Source: an uncultured Eubacteriales bacterium (GTDB lineage: Bacteria; Acidobacteriota; Aminicenantia; Aminicenantales; UBA8522). Taken from it: a stretch of 50,159 nt of DNA. Of this stretch, positions 45,228 through 50,159 are shown piece after piece (within the stretch, counting starts at the first letter, position 1; each line of letters opens with the position of its first letter). Location of the stretch: positions 14,006 through 64,164 of the forward strand of contig CAYGXD010000005.1 in the NCBI GenBank assembly GCA_964353705.1, read 5' to 3'. The translations under genes and the position numbers were made by a program. The notes beneath the pieces are model-generated. The model had not been told where the DNA came from. It was given only the letters and a program-made list of their open reading frames with translations, and searched no databases.

Positions 45228-46838
45228 ATGAGGTTAGGGATGATTCATTTTGCCTTCCTGGACTGGTTCTGGGTCATCGCCTTCATCATCCTGATGACCG
45301 TCTGCGGTATCCTTTTCTATAAGCTGGGGAAGAGGTCGATGGCCGACTTCTTTCTGGCCGGCCGGGGTCTTCCCTGGTGGCTTCCCGCCACCTCGGTCTA
45401 TGCGACCCATACGGCCACGGACACCCCCATCTGGGTCAGCGGCGTCGTCTATCAGCACGGCCTGAGGGGTTTGTGGTACACCTTCTTTTCGGCCTGGTGC
45501 GCCATTTCGGCCTTCGCCTCCACCCGGATCTTCCGGCGTTCGCTTGCTTACACCCAGGCGGAGTGGCAGACGCTCCGCTTCTCCGGGCTGGGGGCCGAGC
45601 TCCTGCGCGGCTGGATCGCCGGCTGGCAGGTATTCATGAACATGTTTGTCCTGGGCTGGGTCGGAATGGCCATGGGGAAGCTCTGCAACTACCTCTTCGG
45701 CTGGCCGCAATGGGTGGCCCTGGTTCTTTTCTCCACCATCTGCGCCGTCTATGTCCTGGCGGCCGGCTACTGGGGTGTGGTCATGTCCGATTTCCAGCAG
45801 GGCGTCATCGCCTTCCTGGTCATCATCATCGTTTCCCTTTGGGGGATAAGTGTCGCCGGCGGTCCTCACGGGATCGTCGAGAAGCTCAGCGATATGGGCC
45901 AGAGCTGGCGCCTCAACCCCTTTGCCTTCACCGGTCTGACCGGCGGGGATTTTCCATTGGTCTGGTTCCTGACCATGCTGGTCATCGCCGTCATCGGCGG
46001 ATTCGGCATGGGCACGGCCATCGACTGGTACCCGGAGGCGCAGCGCATCCAGTCGGCCAAGACCGTCCGCGACGCCAGCTACTCTATCTGGTCGGGAACG
46101 GCCCTGATCGTCATCCGGAACTCGATCTGGGCTGTAGCTATCCTGGGATTTTTTGTTCTTTACCCTAATATCCGGGAGACCGCCCAGTACGAAATGGCCT
46201 GGTACAGGATCGGGTTCGAATATCTGCCGGTGGGCATGGTCGGGCTTTTCTTCGCCGCCGTCGTGGCCATCCATCTTTCCACAATCTCGGCCCACCTGAA
46301 CCTGGGCGCTTCTTACGCCACCCGCGACCTCTACCATCACTATTTCAAGCCCAAGGCGACCGAGAGGGAGCTCGTCTGGGTCGGGAGGATTTCGACACTC
46401 ATCCTGCTCATCGGGTCGTTCATCTACGGGTCGATGATGAAGGAGATCACCCAGTGGCTGATCTTTGCCCTCTGGATCATGGCCGCGGGGATCTGGCTGC
46501 CCTCGATCCTCCAGGTCGTCTGGTGGCGTTTCAATTCCTGGGGCTACCTCTCCTCCTGGATCGCCAACCTGGGGTTGAGCTGGCTTGTCGTCTGGATCCT
46601 GCCGGAGTTCCGCCTCCTCCCCGACCTGCCGGATTACCTGCAGTTCTGGATCATGATGGCCCTCGGCGCTCTGGTCTACCTGCCCATTACCTTCCTGACC
46701 AAGCCGGAGGACATGGACCGGCTGGTCAAATACTACGTGATGTCACGGCCTCTCGGCTGGTGGAAGCCCGTTCGGCTCGAGGCGGAAAGGCGAGGGCTTG
46801 TCGCCCTGCAGTACGGGGCGGCGAAAGGAGGGAACTGA
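45228..46838 (+). CDS. Sodium:solute symporter (SSS) family transporter
   Basis: DFFLAGRGLPWW, ATHTATDTP, GYWGVVMSDF, AQRIQSAK, LPVGMVGL, STISAHLN; true start may be ATG 45240. Confidence 0.9.
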   Translation: MRLGMIHFAFLDWFWVIAFIILMTVCGILFYKLGKRSMADFFLAGRGLPWWLPATSVYATHTATDTPIWVSGVVYQHGLRGLWYTFFSAWCAISAFASTRIFRRSLAYTQAEWQTLRFSGLGAELLRGWIAGWQVFMNMFVLGWVGMAMGKLCNYLFGWPQWVALVLFSTICAVYVLAAGYWGVVMSDFQQGVIAFLVIIIVSLWGISVAGGPHGIVEKLSDMGQSWRLNPFAFTGLTGGDFPLVWFLTMLVIAVIGGFGMGTAIDWYPEAQRIQSAKTVRDASYSIWSGTALIVIRNSIWAVAILGFFVLYPNIRETAQYEMAWYRIGFEYLPVGMVGLFFAAVVAIHLSTISAHLNLGASYATRDLYHHYFKPKATERELVWVGRISTLILLIGSFIYGSMMKEITQWLIFALWIMAAGIWLPSILQVVWWRFNSWGYLSSWIANLGLSWLVVWILPEFRLLPDLPDYLQFWIMMALGALVYLPITFLTKPEDMDRLVKYYVMSRPLGWWKPVRLEAERRGLVALQYGAAKGGN

Positions 46839-46839
46839 G

Positions 46840-47130
46840 ATGAGCTGGATAAAGCGCCGCTGGACGGCCGCCGAGGCCGACGTCTGGACCAAGGAAGACT
46901 ACCTCACCTTCGTCATTTCGCCGCTGGTCTATGTGCTGCTCATGATCGGGACGGCCTTGAGTTTGTTCCTGCTGTGGTATGGCTTTCTTCTCCTCGTGGC
47001 GGGGGTGGCCCTGATGCTCTTGATGATCTGGGTGATCGACCCCAAGCTCAAGGCTATCTCCGAGGATTACGAGCATAAGCAAAAGCACTATCTCGAGGAC
47101 CTGGAAAAGATCGCCCGCTGGGAGAAGTGA
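46840..47130 (+). CDS. Small two-TM membrane protein (96 aa)
   Basis: SD AAAGGAGG; MSWIKRRWTAAEADVWTKED...two TM helices...IDPKLKAISEDYE. Confidence 0.75.
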   Translation: MSWIKRRWTAAEADVWTKEDYLTFVISPLVYVLLMIGTALSLFLLWYGFLLLVAGVALMLLMIWVIDPKLKAISEDYEHKQKHYLEDLEKIARWEK

Positions 47131-47131
47131 C

Positions 47132-47248
47132 ATGAAACAAGGTCTGGCTGTAGTCATCGGCATGAGCATTGCCTATTTTTTCTCGTTTCTGGGGCTCTTG
47201 CTCGCCTATTACTCCTACAAGAAGAAGCGCGGAGAGAAGGGGGAGTAG
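47132..47248 (+). CDS. Single-TM microprotein (38 aa), absent from the ORF track
   Basis: MKQGLAVVIGMSIAYFFSFLGLLLAYYSYKKKRGEKGE*; starts 1 nt after the previous stop; GGAG SD; basic tail. Confidence 0.65.
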   Translation: MKQGLAVVIGMSIAYFFSFLGLLLAYYSYKKKRGEKGE

Positions 47249-47250
47249 CC

Positions 47251-47340
47251 ATGGTGGGGATCATCGTTCCGGCCCTCATTTTTCTCGTCTCTTTCGTGCT
47301 GACCTATTACCTCTACCGCCGCTTCTCCCGCCATCCGTAG
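47251..47340 (+). CDS. Single-TM microprotein (29 aa), absent from the ORF track
   Basis: MVGIIVPALIFLVSFVLTYYLYRRFSRHP*; starts 2 nt after the previous stop; GGGGAG SD. Confidence 0.6.
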   Translation: MVGIIVPALIFLVSFVLTYYLYRRFSRHP

Positions 47341-47351
47341 AGGGGTAGAAG

Positions 47352-47456
47352 AGGGGTCAGGTCTCAACATTCAACAATTGAGACCGCGGAGGGAGTTTTA
47401 CGGCATAAAGGGAGCAGGCTCAGCCTGATTTGTTGATTGTTGAGACCTGACCCCTT
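47352..47456. repeat. ~105-bp inverted-repeat element (REP doublet or MITE-like)
   Basis: AGGGGTCAGGTCTCAACATTCAACAA at 47352 and TTGTTGATTGTTGAGACCTGACCCCT ending at 47455 in inverted orientation; third copy at 34287. Confidence 0.78.
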
Positions 47457-47469
47457 CTTTGGGCGGCGT

Positions 47470-47498
47470 TTGAAGAAATGCGGGAAATCGAGTAAATT
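47470..47498 (+). promoter_or_regulatory. Candidate promoter giving a leaderless GWxTD mRNA
   Basis: TTGAAG(47470)-N17-TAAATT(47493), ATG 7 nt later, no SD. Confidence 0.45.
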
Positions 47499-47505
47499 AG
47501 CAAAG

Positions 47506-49608
47506 ATGAGCCTTTGCGGTCGATGGGTCAATCTCCTCCTGGTTGCGGGGCTTGGTCTTCCCCTCATCTCTGGTCAGAAGAATCTAAAAATCGCACTCCC
47601 GGAGCAGTACCGCCTGTGGCTGGAAGAAGAGGTTATCTATATCATCACTCCCAAAGAGGCGGATGTCCTCCGGAAGCTCGAGACGGACAAGGAGAGGGAC
47701 ATTTTCATCGAGGCCTTCTGGAAGCACCGGGATCCGACGCCGGGTACACCGCAGAACGAGTTCAAGGACGAGCATTACCAAAGGATAAAGTACGCCAACG
47801 AGTATTTCGGCCGGAGCACACCGCGGCCGGGTTGGAGGACGGACCAAGGAAGGATCCATATCATCCTTGGGCCGCCAAGAAATATCGAGGACTTTGACAC
47901 AATCAACGGCGTTTATCCGGTCAAGATATGGTCCTACGATGGGGACCCGGCGTACGGCTTGGCCACCGGGTTCAACATCATCTTCTTTAAAAAGCACGGT
48001 CTGGGAGAATATGTCCTTTATTCACCCGTCGATGACGGGCCGGAAAGCCTGATAGCCGATTGGGGAACGGGACTCACCGAGGAGTACATGCGGGACGGCT
48101 CGACAACTCAGAATGCCGTCCAGCAGCTGGCCAAGCTGGCTCCCAACCTGGCCTACCAGACCCTTTCGCTCATCCCGGGGGAGAGACCCATATCCGGCTC
48201 TGTCTCTCTCGCCTCGACCCAACTGATCGGCAACGTGTTTTCCTATCCCCAGAAAAAGGTCGAGGATACCTACGCCGAGGCCTTGCTCAAGTACAAGGAT
48301 GTCATCGAGGTCGATTACTCGGCCAACTACATCGCCAGCGATTCCGCTCTTTATGTCATCAAGGATGGAGCCGGGCATTTTATGGTCCACTATTCCATCG
48401 AGCCCAAGAAGATCTCCGTCGGATCCTACGGCGACAAGTTCAGCACGAACTACGAGCTCGACGGCCGGATTTCCGATCCCAGCGGGAATACGGTTTTCCA
48501 GTACATAAAGGAGTTCCCTTTGACCTTCAGCGGCCCGGAACTTCAGGACCTGGGTTCCAAATCCTTGGCCATCCAGGACCTCTTCCCCCTGGTTCCGGGG
48601 ACATATAGGTTCGACCTCCTGCTCAAAAACACCGTCTCCAAGGAATTCACGACCTTTGAAGGGACCATCACGATCCCGGAAGAAGGCGCCCTCCCGGCCC
48701 TCACGCCTCTCGTGTTGGGATACCGGCTGGAGAAGATCGCTTCGCCGGCGGAGGAGTTTATCCCATTTCGGACAAAGGAGGGCCAGCTTTTGACGCCCGC
48801 CCGGAAAACGTTCTCCCAAAAGGAGAACCTGGTCGTGTTTTTCCAGCTCCTGGGGCTGACCCCGGAACTCCGTTCCGGCGGACAGCTCAAATATGACATC
48901 CTCCGCAAAGACGCTCCATTCCTGAGCCAGACAAAAAAAATAGCCGATTATTCCAATGTGCCTGATTTTCTGGAGGTCTTCTCACTCCAGGAATTCCCGC
49001 CCGACTACTATAAAATCAAGGTCTCGGTGCTGGATTCCAACGGCGTGGAGTCCCTGACTCAGGATGAGGATTTCGAAATGGCGGCTGTGCCGACGATCGG
49101 CCGCCCCCTCGTCATCTCCAAGGTGATGCCGGCCTCCGGCGCCGGGGAATACGATTACGAGATGGGTCTCCAGCTGCTCAACCTGAAGAAAACCAAAGAC
49201 GCCCTGGCTTATCTCGAAAAGGCTTATGCCAAGAATCCGGAACAGCTCAGATATGCGCTGGGCTTGAGCCAGTGTTTCTTCATCGAAGGACAATACCAGA
49301 GGGTCATCGACATCCTCGGCCCGTGGGGAGGAGAGAAGGCGACCGACCTGGTCCTCTACTTCCTCGGGAAATCCTCGCATTCCCTGGGCCGGCTGGATGA
49401 AGCGATCGCCGATTACACGGATTACCTTTCCCGGTTCGGGCTGAACCTGGAGATTCTCAACCTCCTGGGAACGGCGCACTACCAAAAGGGCAATGCCGCC
49501 GAGGCCCTCCGGGCCTGGAAGAGGTCTCTCGAGATCAATCCCAGCCAGGAAAACATCAGGAAACTCGTCCAGTCGATCGAGGAAAATAAAAGAGCCGGTC
49601 TCAGTTAA
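47506..49608 (+). CDS. GWxTD-domain protein with C-terminal TPRs, exported
   Basis: WLEEEVIYIIT...FWKHRDPTPGTPQNEFKDEHYQRIKYAN...GWRTDQGRIHIILGPP; TPR tail. Confidence 0.9.
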   Translation: MSLCGRWVNLLLVAGLGLPLISGQKNLKIALPEQYRLWLEEEVIYIITPKEADVLRKLETDKERDIFIEAFWKHRDPTPGTPQNEFKDEHYQRIKYANEYFGRSTPRPGWRTDQGRIHIILGPPRNIEDFDTINGVYPVKIWSYDGDPAYGLATGFNIIFFKKHGLGEYVLYSPVDDGPESLIADWGTGLTEEYMRDGSTTQNAVQQLAKLAPNLAYQTLSLIPGERPISGSVSLASTQLIGNVFSYPQKKVEDTYAEALLKYKDVIEVDYSANYIASDSALYVIKDGAGHFMVHYSIEPKKISVGSYGDKFSTNYELDGRISDPSGNTVFQYIKEFPLTFSGPELQDLGSKSLAIQDLFPLVPGTYRFDLLLKNTVSKEFTTFEGTITIPEEGALPALTPLVLGYRLEKIASPAEEFIPFRTKEGQLLTPARKTFSQKENLVVFFQLLGLTPELRSGGQLKYDILRKDAPFLSQTKKIADYSNVPDFLEVFSLQEFPPDYYKIKVSVLDSNGVESLTQDEDFEMAAVPTIGRPLVISKVMPASGAGEYDYEMGLQLLNLKKTKDALAYLEKAYAKNPEQLRYALGLSQCFFIEGQYQRVIDILGPWGGEKATDLVLYFLGKSSHSLGRLDEAIADYTDYLSRFGLNLEILNLLGTAHYQKGNAAEALRAWKRSLEINPSQENIRKLVQSIEENKRAGLS

Positions 49609-49621
49609 GGAGAATGTATCT

Positions 49622-50159
49622 ATGAAAGCTGCCAGAGCCCTGATTATTGCGTCTTTGCTCGTGCTTTCCCTGGGATTATCCGGGCTGGCCGAAGAAAAAA
49701 AGGAACCCCCGCACTGGAAAGGGGATGTCTCCCTCGGTTTGTCCCTGGCCCGCGGGAATTCTCAATCCTCCAGCTTTTCCTTTACCTTTGCGGCCGACGG
49801 GCCGATCAACAAGGCGAATACACTGCTCTGGGCTAACAAAGCCATCTATCTGTTCGGGGAGATGGATGGCGAGACGAGCGCCGAGAACCTTCTTCTCTCC
49901 AGCCGCATCGACTGGCAGCACACCGCGCGCTTATATTCTTATTATGAGCTCCAGGGGATCCGCGACCAGTTCAAAAATTACAGCTATCGCATCCTTCCCG
50001 CGGTTGGATTGGGGTATAAAGTCATTGCTCGGGATACGGTCAGCTTGGGCATGGACGCCGGCTTATCCCAGGTCTTCGCAAAATACTACGACACCGGCGA
50101 CACCGAGAGCTTCACCGCCCTCAAATTCGGCTATCTGCTCATCTGGAAGATCGCCGAAA
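49622..50159 (+). CDS. DUF481/YdiY-like outer-membrane beta-barrel protein, truncated by the window end
   Basis: SD AAGGAG; signal peptide; WKGDVSLGLSLARGNS...RDQFKNYSYR...GLGYK pattern; frame open to the end of the window. Confidence 0.78.
   Translation, partial: MKAARALIIASLLVLSLGLSGLAEEKKEPPHWKGDVSLGLSLARGNSQSSSFSFTFAADGPINKANTLLWANKAIYLFGEMDGETSAENLLLSSRIDWQHTARLYSYYELQGIRDQFKNYSYRILPAVGLGYKVIARDTVSLGMDAGLSQVFAKYYDTGDTESFTALKFGYLLIWKIAE

Noticed and set aside
34287-47456. CRISPR interpretation of the 29-bp repeat
   Set aside because: Only three dispersed copies, two of them inverted; no regular spacers and no cas genes

Overview
GC-rich, gene-dense chromosomal segment from a diderm, probably anaerobic bacterium. 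The gene repertoire (GWxTD protein, Oar-type TonB-dependent transporter, TLPxH sulfatase-like/TPR fusion, class II RNR) suggests Acidobacteriota/Aminicenantes; this taxonomy is an inference. From left to right: the end of an adenosine-specific kinase; an ECF sigma/anti-sigma/exported-protein triad; a GGT-family Ntn hydrolase; PadR plus an unknown exported protein; nrdJ; a divergent thiamine-binding protein / HypE-ThiL-like pair; arsC; a 206-bp CTAG-bounded structured MITE-like element; and an extended ArsR operon (ArsP, Fe-S protein, two thioredoxins, CoA-binding protein, CcdA, Acr3) followed by an AbrB-radical SAM-SPASM gene. Next come an exported (alpha/alpha)6 glycosidase, an MFS pump and two exported M24 peptidases. 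A ~23 kb SusD-less amino-sugar glycan utilisation locus follows (nagB, CE4, GH2, GH42-like, ROK, SIS, MFS, nagA, GH116, Thr-sulfatase-TPR, TPR, TBDT, SSS and three tiny membrane proteins), then GWxTD-TPR and a truncated DUF481 barrel. The best novelty leads are the sugar locus, where several enzymes deviate from their family active-site motifs, the microproteins after the symporter, the ars-linked radical SAM, and two small non-autonomous repeat families. No rRNA, tRNA, CRISPR array or transposase was seen. All family calls come from motif recognition by eye, not database searches.
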